Of a DNA stretch of 64,000 nucleotides, positions 48,829-62,550 are shown one piece after another. The translations under genes were made by a program, and so were the position numbers. Where the stretch lies: the NCBI RefSeq assembly GCF_009914755.1, contig NC_060938.1. One strand, given 5' to 3'. The stretch is from the human T2T-CHM13v2.0 reference genome, Homo sapiens. Position 1 is the stretch's first letter, and each line of letters starts with the position of its first letter. The notes beneath the pieces are model-generated. The model ran no database searches. It saw only the letters and a program-made list of their open reading frames with translations, and was not told the origin of the DNA.

Positions 48829-51800
48829 TAAATCACTGGAGGTTAAAGATGCTTTGCAACCGCCATGTCTTTCTTTTGCTTTTCCAAAGTGCAAGGCTCA
48901 CTCTTCCATTCTGTGTTTTTCAATGCAAATCAAGTTGAGGTTAGTATGTGGCTAATACTCTTACTTCCCTGCTTGTAGAAGATATATATATTTCTTTAGT
49001 GGGGTTGAAAAAAAAAAGAAGACATTAGCTTTCCTTGTAAGTTATTATTCTTGTTTGGCATCATGACATCCTAAAGAGCTGGAATATAAAGACAAAAAAG
49101 GTATTATTTCAACACAGCAGAGGGATTACAATGATGGAGCCAAGTGTTAGCATTTTTGCAGTTGGTGTTCTAAATGTATTCAATGCTAGGATAACTGGAG
49201 TTCTTTTAATAAATGAATGCAAATACTGCTTTATGGCCCCCCTTTTCAAAACATTTCAAGTAGACATACCTTAATTTTTTTAAAAAAAAGCAGAAAAATA
49301 TATAATTTTCTGCAGCTTGTGACCACCCCCCTGCCATCCCAACCAGCAAGTCTACATTTGTCTCCTGTACACTAATCATGAAAAGTTCATCACTTCTGGG
49401 TGTAACAAAGAAAAATGCCCTTTTGAATGTGGAAGCTCTGAGGGTTTGGAGACTATTGAGAAAATATAAGTATCAAAATAATTCAGAAACAGTACAAGGC
49501 ACAGTGGCACATTATCAATTTACAACATTTAAATTGATAAATGCTTGGTGGTGAAGGCCTACAAGGGCACTTTGAAAAGCAAATAGCGACCTGGTGAAGA
49601 AATTGATTTTTCCCCCCCCGAAAATGACTGCATGATGCATCATTTGACTGCATGCTGTCCGAGTGCTTGACAGAGATAATCTCAGCAATCCCACGGGTGA
49701 CCTTATCGTTCTCACCAGGGCAACTTTGTCTACGTTCTGACTTTGTGCATGTCAAGGTTCCTCCCGGCAGGATCCTTGGGGGAAAAAGTTCCTCTGTTCG
49801 ATCCAGATATTGAACTGCTCGTTCTTCCCCCCTTTTCCTTCCACCCCACCCTTCCAAATAGGCAAACACGCCTCTTTATTTCATCCATAATTATGAACGA
49901 GCCAGGCAGAAGAATACAGCTCTGTGCTCTGTATCTTTGTTGAAGCTCCTAATGCCTTTTAGTTCATAGTTCTTAGGTGATCATCTATATTGGCAGGGAT
50001 CTTTTCATCAGAAAGAGTAGAAAAAATCCCTAATGTTCTCCTATAATGCATCGCCACCTTGAGCAGAGTGGAAAAACCTTACCAGTTTCTTTCTTCTCTG
50101 TAGTTGCAGGGTGTTTTATTTTCCTCCCTCCCCTGTCATCTTTACATAGAACCCTTCTGAAACTGTCTTAAGTCATACATGTCAGTATCTAACAATATTA
50201 TTCTCTTGCAATCCAGTGATTTAAGGTATTTCTCTTATAACCTTAAAATTATGTAACAATGACATAAGGCCCAGAAAACATGTCACCTGTGCTATTTGGC
50301 TTTGAATCCCAGTGGCAGCCTCTTTGCAGAGATTTGATAGAATCCACAGGGCTTCTTCAGGACCGTTGGTGTTTGGAAAGTATTTTTCTTCCACAGGGTA
50401 ATAATCGACAATTTTTTTACGCCTAGAATTTTTCTGTTGATATGTATGGATGTGTGGATGTGTATGTCTGTTGATCAGTAATCTTCCTGCCACACAGCTT
50501 GTCGTTGATAATTACAATTCTTGATTAGCCACTTCTTGAAAGCAGCAAATACCCTGCCTGGTGTGGCACCCTGAAGCTTCAGTCCCCACTGCCTCTGACA
50601 CCCTCAGTTCACCATATTCAACCCCTTTTACCTCCTTCTTTCATCCACAACATTAATTCTGAGTGAACAAGACGTGCTTCCTTGCTTTTGACAAGATTTG
50701 CTGCAGTCTCATGCGACAAAAACCCAACACTCATTCCAGATTCAGAAAGTAGGATTTATAACAGCATTTTAATTTAATGTTGGATGTCGAACATATAAAG
50801 AGATCACAGTAGTACTAGAGCTGAAAATTGATGCCTTTTTTATTAGTGTCCTCTCAGAAGTGGGTGAGACGCTGTTTGTGCAATGGAGCACAGAGCAGCA
50901 CAGTCAGATGAATGAGGATATGCTATCTGCAAGGAATCATATTTCAAGCCACTGTCGGCCTCTATTGATGTGCTCAGAGTTGAAAGGTTATGCTAGTAAA
51001 TGCCATCCGAATTTCCAGCATTAGAAATCGGTAGAATAATCTGCTGGCTGTCACTTTATGCTTAGCCTGAATGCACTGCGTGGGGATGTTTTACTTATTT
51101 TAACTCCAAATTAATTTCTTATTACAGGTGCATTTCTTTCTCTCCTCATGCTTTCATCAGTGCCCAAATGGGACTGATTTTTAACAGGTCTTCAGAGTAG
51201 ACCACTATCTGTGAAAGAGAATGAAAGAAATGTGCGTCATCATACGTGAGAATCATGTTATTCTTATTTGTTCCTTTGAACATATTTTTCCAGACAGTGA
51301 GGCTAAAACACAGGAAGTTTGTGCACAGCGAGCTGTTCTTGTTAGACTGAATCATAGAATCTCAGGATAATTCAAGATAAGCTTACCATTTTCAAATGTA
51401 TGAATCGAAAACCTACATTGCTTCTTAATTTCTGGACTTAAAGTGAGCAAGACAAAAAAAGGAAGATGGAGTATTCTTCATTTTATAGTTGAAGAGATCT
51501 AAAGTCAGAAAAAAAATACTTTGTAAGGAGCTAGTTCATTTTATTTGTGTGGATTAAACAGTATTTTCAGATTCATTTTGAAGTAGAGCACTGAGCAAAA
51601 GTAAGATTAAGAAAATTTAGTCATCATTCTAAGTCTGTAATTTATTCATATTTAAATAATGAAACGGTGTTTTTCTGAATTAACCCATGTATTATTCATG
51701 CAGGCGTTGGCAATATAATGTCCCTGGTTTTCTGGAAAGCAATATGCATTTCTTTGCCTGACAAGCAGTATTTTCTATATGGTATTAATTTAATGGCTTA

Positions 51801-54539
51801 TTTTATTATGCAAAGTTAGAAAGTAAAGATAATTTCTGTCCATAATGCGGTGCTTATATGGGCAATATATGCAAAATAATACCTCTACACTAAAGCCAGC
51901 TATCCTTTCTCAGTTAGCTTGGACCCTATAAGAATGATGAGTGAATGCAAACTGCTCATATGAAGAAAAAGAAATAACTTGACCTTCTGGGAAGGAGGTC
52001 TAAAATCATTAAATTCATGTGAAATCCAAATTTCATTTCTATACACACACATTCAATCTATATTGGGTTTTAGCTCTTACATAAGAAGATAAGGTTTCAT
52101 GACAGAAGTAACATGGCAACAATTTCAGTGATAATTTCAGTAGGACTGTAATAAGGAAATTGACTTTAGATTTTTGCATAAGTTCTAGAACTAGGCTGGT
52201 AACCTGAAAATTGATGTCAGTTTTAGACAACAAATGCCCTATGGCTTTTTATCTTTCATCCTCACTCCCTTCTTTGGAATGACAGTCCAAAGATATAATC
52301 TCTTTTTCTTAAAATCATCATTGTTAAAGAGACTGATAGCAGTTGAATTATTTAAAGTATCTTTTGATGCATTTTTGTGTGAATATGTGTTTATTCACAT
52401 GCCTATATATGTTTATAAATGCATACAATTTGTTTCTTTCTGATATGGCTTTCGTGCCTACTGCATTTTTATCTACAGATATAAATAATTTCCAAAATGA
52501 CTCACTAAAGCAGCACACCAGGTTTTCCTCTGGGCGTCTCCTCCTTTCAGGCTCCTACAGCTGCAAATTCACCACATTCAATAATAAGACAAAAACTTTC
52601 TCTGATGCTGTTAATTTTTAATGTGCTGGCAGATTAAATCTATTACTTTCAATAACTATGCAAACTTTTTGAGAGCAAGAGAATGTATGCAGAAAGAAAT
52701 TTTCCCTGGGAAGGAAAAAATATGGCCTAGATTGGATGTTTTCAAGGCAGTTCAAGGCCCTTGGCAGAGGTAACACAGATACCTGTGGGCCATGTGTGGG
52801 TTTTGGTGAACCCAGGAAGTATGTCAGTAATATGCATCTGGGTATCAGGTAAAGAATTACAGATGCTGTTTAGATTTTCATCTAGGTTTTGGAGAAGCAA
52901 GCTTTATATTAAGAAACCCCTTCCCTCTTGGCCTTCTCTCGCCAATAGAAACATTGTTTTAGGACCCCAGGTAATCCTGTTTAGCACTGCTTTGCCATGG
53001 AAACAAAAAAAAAAATTGGTTCTTCACTAGGAACGCGCTAAGGCTTTAAGGAACATGCAGATAGAGGATGGTTTCCTGAACCTCTGAGTTTTATTCTATA
53101 GCCTTGACCTTCACATATTTGTTCCTACTCTACTTTCTTCGATACTTCTTTCTGGCTAAAGTCCCTAATTGTTAAACTTGGTATTTCTTAGGAACTTAAA
53201 AAACGTTTGTACTAAACGTTCTTGTCCTTATAAACAGGGGAGACGCAGAAATATTTCCAGAAAATGTGAATGATAGTGCTAGCTCTATCTGTGGTAAAGA
53301 TCTGGCTCTTTACCATAAAATGTACAGGCTCGCCTTGCTTTAAGAAATGTTAAGGCTAAAAACCTGCCAGATGACTAAGTAAGAGATTATTTGTATTACA
53401 ATACAGATGGGGTATTTGTGTTCCTTTAAGTGGTGAGTTCCTTTTTTGGGCTTTAAATGTCTATACAGAGATTGTTATCTAATCTACAAAATCAAAAGGG
53501 AGTGAAGGAAAGAGAGAGAGGCACAAAAATTAAAGTATTCAGAGGCATTCCATTTTAAGATCAATCAGAAATGAGGATGGAAAATGAGATTCTTTTGGCA
53601 GACAACTTTTTAAGATCGCTCCTAGTAAGCACAGATCTCCTTAGCCTTGGTTGCCAAGTGCAATGGGAATGTTGCTTGCAACTTGGTCATCTGGAAGAGG
53701 AAAACATGATCCGACTGTTCAGTCTAGTTGTCCAGGGTCACTTCAGAGTGCTGTACAGCAGCAGTTTTGCATGCTTGTGATGTCCTGTCTACATAACTGT
53801 GTGAATTAGAAAAGTCTACACATCCCTGAGGACAGAAGATGCAAATTCAAGGAAAATAAGAGGTGAGACTAGGAACCAATTCCCTGAAATAATAATAAAA
53901 AAACCCATAATTTTTCCGGCTCATTAATTAAAGTTGACGTTGCCGGGTTTGCAAAGACCAAGAAAGGACCGTGCCATTCCACTACATTTCAAAACCTTTT
54001 CACTTGAGCAGACAAGTAAATCATGCAATTACTGGGACTCATTCAGCTCTTTAGTAAAAACACGGGCCTGCAACCTTGGCTGTAGCATACATGGAAATTA
54101 GAAGAGTTGAACTGAAGATATTTCTAAAATGTCACAACTGCTCTGTGACACTGGATGATATGTTTATCCTTTCATTATCACTTAGAACACCTGGGGCGGT
54201 GCTCAGGAAATCAGATAGTGCCTTTTAAAATAATTATAAAAGAAGCATAGATTAGCAAGCTGAAGGGAAAACAGACAATCCTGAATCATGATGTTACTAA
54301 TTTTGAGCTGTTTGGGGGCATCAGCTTCCAAGTCACAACAGTGTAATAACTGACTGCAACTGTCAGCAGTACTGAGGAGAGAGAGTGCCAAGTACGAGTA
54401 TTTCTAAAAAGCAAATGTTTCCTGGAGATGAAATCCAAGCATTCATATTCTGTTTATAAAATTAAGACACTCCGTTGGTGGTGTTTCCTATTGTCAGTTT
54501 CTGGCTGGATCCTTTTGTCTGTTAGACATTGAGTCTTTG

Positions 54540-54665
54540 GAAAAGCAGGAGAAAGGGCTCTGGACTGGGATCCAGGAGACCTGGTTCTGGTCTTGCCGCT
54601 GCTGCTAGTCAGGCCAGTGACCTTGGAGCAGCTTGAATCTTCATTTTTCTTAAGTGTGAAACGAA
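54540..54665 (+). mobile_element. MIR SINE
   Basis: gaaagggctctggactgggatccaggagacctggttct...gtgaccttgga. Confidence 0.65.
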
Positions 54666-55771
54666 AGGGCAATTTCTCAGGCTCCTTCTTCTTTAAAATG
54701 TGTGCTCTCTGCAGTTCATCCAACGCTGGACATTTTTTCGTAAGCACTGGGGTAGGGCTCGAGGAGGGGAGCCTGGCGAAGTAGGCTATTTTATTTTTAC
54801 CCTTCAAAGGAATTTAGTTGAGCAGATGCTACCCTGAACTAGTCAGAGTAGAAAAGAAATGATACGGCTTTTAAAGGGCACATCTAGCATATCTACTGGG
54901 GTAAAGTAATTCTGGCAATGCTTCAAAGGATATAACTTTTGATGGTAAAGTAGGTAGGCTACGGAATGAAATCACATATGGCAGGCTGTCAAAGTCTCCT
55001 ACACTTTCAGTACATTTATATAAGTGCAAAAGGAGGCTGCTTAGATGGCGTCCCTAGCAATTGCCTGCTAAGACTGCTTTCAGATTATCTGATATTATTT
55101 GACTAAATTATCTCTGTAGAAGCTGAGGACAACTTTTATGATCAAATATTTTGAAATTAGTTTCCCTTGTTGGCAGATTATCTGAAATATGAATTGCTCT
55201 CATTTGAGCACTCGAAATTGAAAGGCTTTTGGTAATAGCAATTATACAAAAACAAGGGTACTGAAGTGCTGTATATCATGCTGAAGGGGATATGTTTATA
55301 GGTCAGTGATGTCAATAACTTGAGTTCTCACAGATACCTCATCGCTACCCTTTTATTGTGGGCTAATGCAAAGGACAGACTGACTTTCTTTTTCACAAGG
55401 GTATTTCATTTTCTAGAATAAATACTGATTTTATTGACTCTAGACACTTACACATAGTCAATTCATATTTATTATATTTCCCAAACCTTTCATAGGGTGG
55501 CTGAGGGTCTAAAAAGTGGAAAATACACAGAAAATATATAAAATTCTAAACAATTCAGAGGTATTATTATTCTAATGATTGACTTGTGCATTCCTGGTGC
55601 CTTTTCTGTGAGGTATTTCAATCATTCTGTGAGCCTTATCTCTTCATATTTATAGCCTCCTAATTAACAATAATTACATTTTTTTAAAAATTTAAAAGGC
55701 TTTAGAACAAGAAAGAAAGGAAAGGACGCTTGGAAGAAGCCCAAGCAGGTGACTTGAAGAACAAGTGCCCT

Positions 55772-56002
55772 AACTAACATTTATTAAGCTATTACTCTGT
55801 GCCAGGCACTGTTCTAAGTACTTTAAATACATTAAGGTTTGTAATCCTAACGATTGTTAGGTACAATGACAGTCTCCATTTTCTAGGTAAGAAAACTGAG
55901 GCAAAGAGGTTAAATAGCTTGCCCAAGATCATACAACAAGGAAGTGGCAGAACTAGCGTTTAAACCCAGCCCACTTGACTCCAAAGCACTCATTGTTAAC
56001 CA
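55772..56002 (-). mobile_element. MIR SINE, near full length
   Basis: taacatttattaagc...tgtgccaggcactgttctaag...gaaaactgaggcaaagaggttaaatagcttgcccaagatcataca...aagtggcagaac. Confidence 0.88.
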
Positions 56003-56123
56003 GGAACGCTAGTTACCTCTGGACGGTTTACGTAACTGGCATGTCAAATTATTCGTTTTATGTGTTAAGAGAAACTGAGACATGGTACAATTAAGCATCC
56101 TGCTCAGAGCCATAAAATAGTTA

Positions 56124-56437
<314 letters not shown>

Positions 56438-56624
56438 TCACAATGCTAATGGTGTAAATGAACTTGTGAAAACATCAGTAAAGTTATATAGATATACCTG
56501 AAAATTCTGATACTCAACATTTTTAGAAATATTCCAACATTCAATAGTAGGGCCAAGTAATCAATAAAACAGGTCCAAACCCAGGTTTCCCATGACACTC
56601 AACCACGCTTTTAACCATGCATGC

Positions 56625-58280
56625 CAGCATTCAGCTAGTATTTGCTGAATGACCTACGTGTGCAAAAACTGTGCTGGAAACTGAGGCTATTGATCACTAA
56701 GGCATAGTTCCTGCCCTTCAGGAGCTGGTTTCTGCAAGATGCCTTAGACATGGCAACCAAGCTACGATGACCTACAAGTAGTAAGTCTCAAGTATTTTAG
56801 TGAATACTGAATGTCATGGTCACAATAGAGAGATCCACTACAAATCATGAAGATAGAATGTGGATGACTAACTCTGCCTGGAGAAGTTTGCAAAGAATTT
56901 ACTGAAGAAAAAGTAACGCTTTTGGTCAGGGTTTGAAAGGCATTTTCCTTGTAGGAAACGGAAAGGTAGCATTCCAGGCAAAGGGAGGCATGTATGCAAA
57001 GCTATTTCTTATGGGAGAGATGAGTCTGGAAAGTTAGGACTTGGCCAATTTGGAAAGGGTGTCAGAGTAAGCTAAGGAAATTGGAATTTTTCCTTTAGAC
57101 CCTTGGGAGCTGTAAAATATTTTAAAGGGAAAAGTGCAATATTAGATTTGTGCTTTAGGGAAAAAAATTAATTTTGGCTAAAAAGAAATGGAGGATAGAA
57201 AGCACCCTCCAATTAAAAGACTGATAAATAGTCCGGAAAAGAGGTGAAAGGTAATTACATTAGGGCACACCAGTGGAAATAAAAGAAGGGGATGGACTCG
57301 AGAAGCCTTTTTCCGGTAAGATCAATGCCATGGTGACCAATCAAATGTGGTGGAAAGCAAGAAGGAAGTACATTTTTAAAACTTAGTTTGGATTTACACA
57401 TGTGGCATTTGAGAAGCTCGTGGGACATCTGTTGAATGGACAGACTTCAGAGCTCAAGAGAGGTTGGGTTCAAAGTTCCAGGTTGGGAGGTGGTTAGCAT
57501 ATAAATTATACCTGGACCCAAAGGAATTAGATGAGATTACCAAGAACAACCTGCAGTTTCAGAAAGAGGGAGTGTAAGCTGCTGAGAAGGCAAGCCTCAG
57601 AAAATCTCAGTTTACTGACAGGCAGAGGAAGAGAAGGCAGCATATACGATACAGCACAAATGATCAGAAAGTGACCTGGCTGGTATCCTCCTCAGGAGGA
57701 ACCCTGAGAAGTTGTCATTAGGAAAGGCAAAGAAAAAGCCTTTCAGAAAGGATGTGGTCAAGTGTCCGAAAGCTAAAATATTATAAGGCAAGATAAAAAG
57801 CCATCAGACCCATCAGTTGAAAGATTTCCGTGATTTGACTGTCATTGGCTAGCGCCCATGAAGGCTGGGGCCAAAATGCAGTGGCTTGCGGGGCCAGAGG
57901 TCCAAATGTATTCAACAAATGTTGGCCTCTCTTCCAAGCAGTTTGGTGGCAAAGAAAGGAGGTGAGGTGGATGGAGGGACCAAGGGGAGGGTGAAAAGTA
58001 GTTTGAGGGAGAGAAAGTGTTGATGGATCTCATTTTGAAGCTGAGGCAACTTTAAGTGGAGAAGCTGGGGTGTATAGAAAGATATATTTAAAGACTCAAG
58101 AGAGGGATCCTCATTGAACCCAGGTCTCAGAAGAATAAGCTTGATGGTATGAAAGGCATGAACCTGAGAAATAAGTAGGGTTATCTCTTCCTCTTCTGCT
58201 GAGAAGTGGGGGAATGGACTTTGGAGGTGGGAGGGGGAAAGGAGAGAGACCAGTTCTGAACTCATGGTGGCTCTCACCTG
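56625..58280 (-). mobile_element. Long diverged L2 LINE fragment
   Basis: L2 terminus cattcagctagtatttgctgaatgacctacgtgtgc...cctgcccttcaggagct, then purine-rich L2 motifs agcattccaggcaaaggga, attagatttgtgcttt, cagagctcaagagaggtt, gatgagattacc. Confidence 0.75.
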
Positions 58281-60849
58281 GTAAAGGTGAAACCAGAACA
58301 AGAGTATGTAGTGACTTTTGCTAGGATTGGTCAACCTTGGTCCATGCACACAGTGGTGCAAGGGGACAAGGATGCTGAAGTATCAGTAATGCCAGGCAGG
58401 AGGAAAGCTCAAAGCAGGAAAGGCCAGTCTCAGGTCAAGGCAAGAATAATTCTAACTCTTTTCTACCAAACACGTTAGGAGGTCCTGCCCCAAGACAAAA
58501 ATCCTAGGAAATTCTAAGGAGAGTAATGGATTCCATTGTAGACCAACATATCATGCAATTAACTTTTACCATTTAACATAGCTTGTTAACCACTGCTGTA
58601 TGGTCTCCTGCCCATTAGCTTTCGACTATTAACTGATGATCGAGTCCAGTAACACTGCAACAATCCAAGATTCATAGATCGTATTCATTGTTCCTATTTT
58701 TTAACTCTGATAATTTGAGTTGAAAGGAAAAAATTGAGAAAGTATTTTCTGTAATATTTTAGACTTTGAAACCCTCATTTCCTTTTCCATGACCCTTAAA
58801 TCACCTATAAGCAGCCCATATGAAGTAGTTTTGCCAGATCTCTCTAATTTGTAGGTTTTCCAATTGTTCCTAACATTTCTGTGAGTGCTGAGGCTCCCAC
58901 ATTCCTTTTCTGCCTCATTTGTGTCTTTGTACAATCAGAACATAATTGGTAAAAAGAATATTCATGTGGAGGTACAATGTCTAAGGATGATACAGTCCTT
59001 CAGTGAGCTCTTGGTAAGAGAAATGATTTGTTTGCTTTGTTGTTTGGAGCTTATTTTATGGTGAAAAATTTTTAAATGCCTTTGGGCTTTTAAAATCTAT
59101 TTCTAATTGTTCTTTTTAACAGTAAATGATTATAAGATAGAAAACTGTTTAATAATTGTAACTAGACATATCTACTCTAGTAATGATTTTGTTCACGTCA
59201 AAGTAGATAATATAGAACATGTACATTTAAGACCTTAAGAATGTGTATCAATACTGCTTTTCGTTTCCTGAGAAAGAGAAAATGGAAGGAAAGAGAGAAT
59301 GAGAGAGGGTGAAGAGAGAGAGAGGAAGCTAAGAAAGAATAAATATATTCCTTGTAGCACCCTCCCACCCCCCTTGTAGGCACCTCAACCCTTAGGTTGC
59401 CAAATACAAACCTGTGGCAAACTGGATTTTACAAATATTTAAATGGAATGTGTAAAGTAAGCCATGATCTACGCCTGCTTGCAAAAGTGGGCCTCTTAAA
59501 TGAAACAAATGCCATCCATGTCTGTTTCCAGCTGAGGTTATAATGTGTGGGATGGTTGTAGCACCAGATTCCCTTTGCATTTGGCGTCATAAACTGCACA
59601 GTTTATAGTACCATATGAACTCGTAGAGCTGATTGTTTTATTATATTTGAGTGTAAATTTTTCATCCCTTTCAGTTCCACCACGATTCTCAGAGAATACA
59701 GGTTTTGTGCTGATACGATGTTTCCTAGCTCTAGGCATGCCCTACCCAAACTACGGACTGTAATTTACTTTTTGGTGTCTGTCGCCTTGAGCTTGCCTTC
59801 TGACTAGCTTGTTGAATGATGTGCTAATCCATTATATTTTTCAGACAAGTGTATCGACCAGTATAAACAGACTGGAGGGCACAAACCTAAATGAAAGCTA
59901 TACTACCCTGAATCATTTAAAAAGCTACTGCTTGGTGGCAGTGTGAAATAACTTGGTTCTGTACATTAAGTAAAGGAGAGGGAGATCTCAATAAATAAAA
60001 CAAAAAATTGAAATATCCCTGCCTGCAGGAGTTGTGTCCGATTTTCAGATGTTCACCTTTATTCACCTCTATTGTTTTAACATGATGATCAGAAAGGGCC
60101 ACTTTAAAAATGCCCTCTTCTGATACGAATCGAGAATAAAACACAATGTTTAGCGTCTCCTGCTGTTTGCGAGACATTCCTACCCAGTCCCGAGTATCTT
60201 TCACTTATTATAGCATGTTTATACAAATAAAGAGCAGAGAGTAGGCCCTCAGAGGAATTTCAGCAGAAAACTTAAGCCTTACATTGCCCCCTTTTGAGTC
60301 CTTCTCTTTGAAAGAGATTTGGGAATGAATGGCCAAATGGGTTGGAGGAAAATAAGTCTCAAATTAATATTCCTATTTTAAAAAACGTGTCAGCAGGACC
60401 CAAGCTCTTCAACTTGCAAGGCCAAAGCCATGAAGCAAAGATTTACCTGTCTCAATATGAGTAAAGACAATGTAGCTGATGAAACTTTTGGTAGGTACAT
60501 TCAAATCTAACCTAACACCAAAGGACCATGGCAGAAATATGGTGTTCTTTAATTATAATTACAACTTGACCGAAGTGAAGCAATTCCTCGAGGATAAAGA
60601 AGGGCTCAGTTTTTCCCTGAGTACTTTTGATGCATGTGATTTTTACATATAGTTATACCAGGAATTACTCATACCTCTTCAGATTACCAATATGAAAAAT
60701 CTAAACCAATTCTTCTCAGATCTCTTCCTCTGCTTTCTGAGATTTGTGAGGCTTAGGGTGTATTTTTCACGTTTGTTTTATCTTTAGCAGCCAGGTACAG
60801 CCCATCACGGACTCTATGGTCTATAAAGAGGGGGGAGGTTTCAGAGCAC

Positions 60850-61010
60850 GTTCCTATACCTCTCATTTGATGGTCAAAGTAACCTTGTGAGGCTGAGTAT
60901 GAAAATTTTATGCCCATTTGACAGATATGGAAACACAGAGAGAACCAGGAAGTGGTAAGCCAGGACTCTACCTCTGCATTCCATCTCATATCCCATGCCC
61001 TTCTTTTTCA
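60850..61010 (-). mobile_element. MIR SINE
   Basis: ctcatttgat...aaccttgtgagg...cccatttgacagatatggaaac. Confidence 0.65.
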
Positions 61011-61576
61011 GAGGCCGTCATCCAGTACTGAGACTTATTCTCCTGCTGGGGTGAGGGGGTAAAGGGGAAGGGATAAACTGGGACTGATATGATATTCTGT
61101 CTTCTCTAAAATATCCCAGTAAATAGTGCCTTTCAACCGACAACAGCCCCAAATAGCTTTACTCCATTTAGGGACAGAGAAAATTAAAACAGTGTTGGCC
61201 AAGAATGCCTGTGCAGATCCTGAGCCATAGTCCTTACGACAGCTTGAAATTCTGAACCTGCAGGTGCACTGACCTGTATAAGGGGGATTGGCTAACGAAT
61301 CCTCCCCCCAATTCCAAAGGCAAATAAAAAGGAGTCTTAGTGGCCACATCTTTGATCTCTGATGCAGTGTCTCTCGGCCTTGTGCCAATTTTGAACATAC
61401 CCCATTGAGTTTGGAATTTACTTCTGGGCCGTAGAAAACTGTTGGGATAGCATGTTTTTTCTAGTTCTTTCTAAAGGCCGTTACTGCTCACAGATCCCTT
61501 TGCTGCTTTGAGAGTTCTAAACCTACTCTTACTTTGCCTCCTTCTCTCTTCAGAAGCCAGATGAACTACCAACACC

Positions 61577-61880
<304 letters not shown>

Positions 61881-62394
61881 CCAACACCCGTCTTTTGCAC
61901 ACTCAGGGGTTTGGCCAGTGGGGCTAATAATCTATCCTACATTTTTAAAAAGAGCCATCAAAGGCCTGGCTTATCATAGGCACTAAACAAATATTTGCTG
62001 ACTGACTGAATATCTTCCAACTTCCATAGAGGATTTTGCTCATATGTTAATAATCCTGCAATCAGGGGTTTTCCAATGGGTCAGTCAATGCTGAAGTCTG
62101 TTTCAGTCTTCCACTTTAATCAACCAAGAGGAGGCATGACTAGGATCAGAGGTCATTTAGGAAGACTGGTTTTACTGGCCCAATTTATTCATCATCTAAT
62201 GAAACCACAGGGGAAAACAAAACAAAACAAAACAAAAACAGGGTTATCTTTTCTCACAGAACAACACATTAAAATAATTAAAGGGAATTCAAATGTTATC
62301 AGCATCTACATAGCAGGAAGTAGAAATGAACTTACATTTATTGAGAATAGACTAATGTGCCAAGCTCAATGTCAGCAGTATGAGCATTAATGAC

Positions 62395-62550
62395 AACAGC
62401 AAGTTATACCTGTTTGAGCAACTGCTATGTGCCAGAAACAATATTAAGCCCTCATACGTGGTTTCTCAATACTCTCAACAATCCTAATGAGGTAGATTCT
62501 GCTATCATTCCAGTTTTATCCAGAGCAACCAACACCAGCTAGAAAGTGAG
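62395..62550 (-). mobile_element. MIR SINE
   Basis: tttgagcaactgctatgtgccagaaac...ctcaacaatcctaatgaggtaga. Confidence 0.65.

Noticed and set aside
57912-58361. 149-aa minus-strand ORF; also 138-aa ORF at 2494-2910
   Set aside because: They overlap decayed L2 or MIR sequence and show no recognisable domain or splice support.
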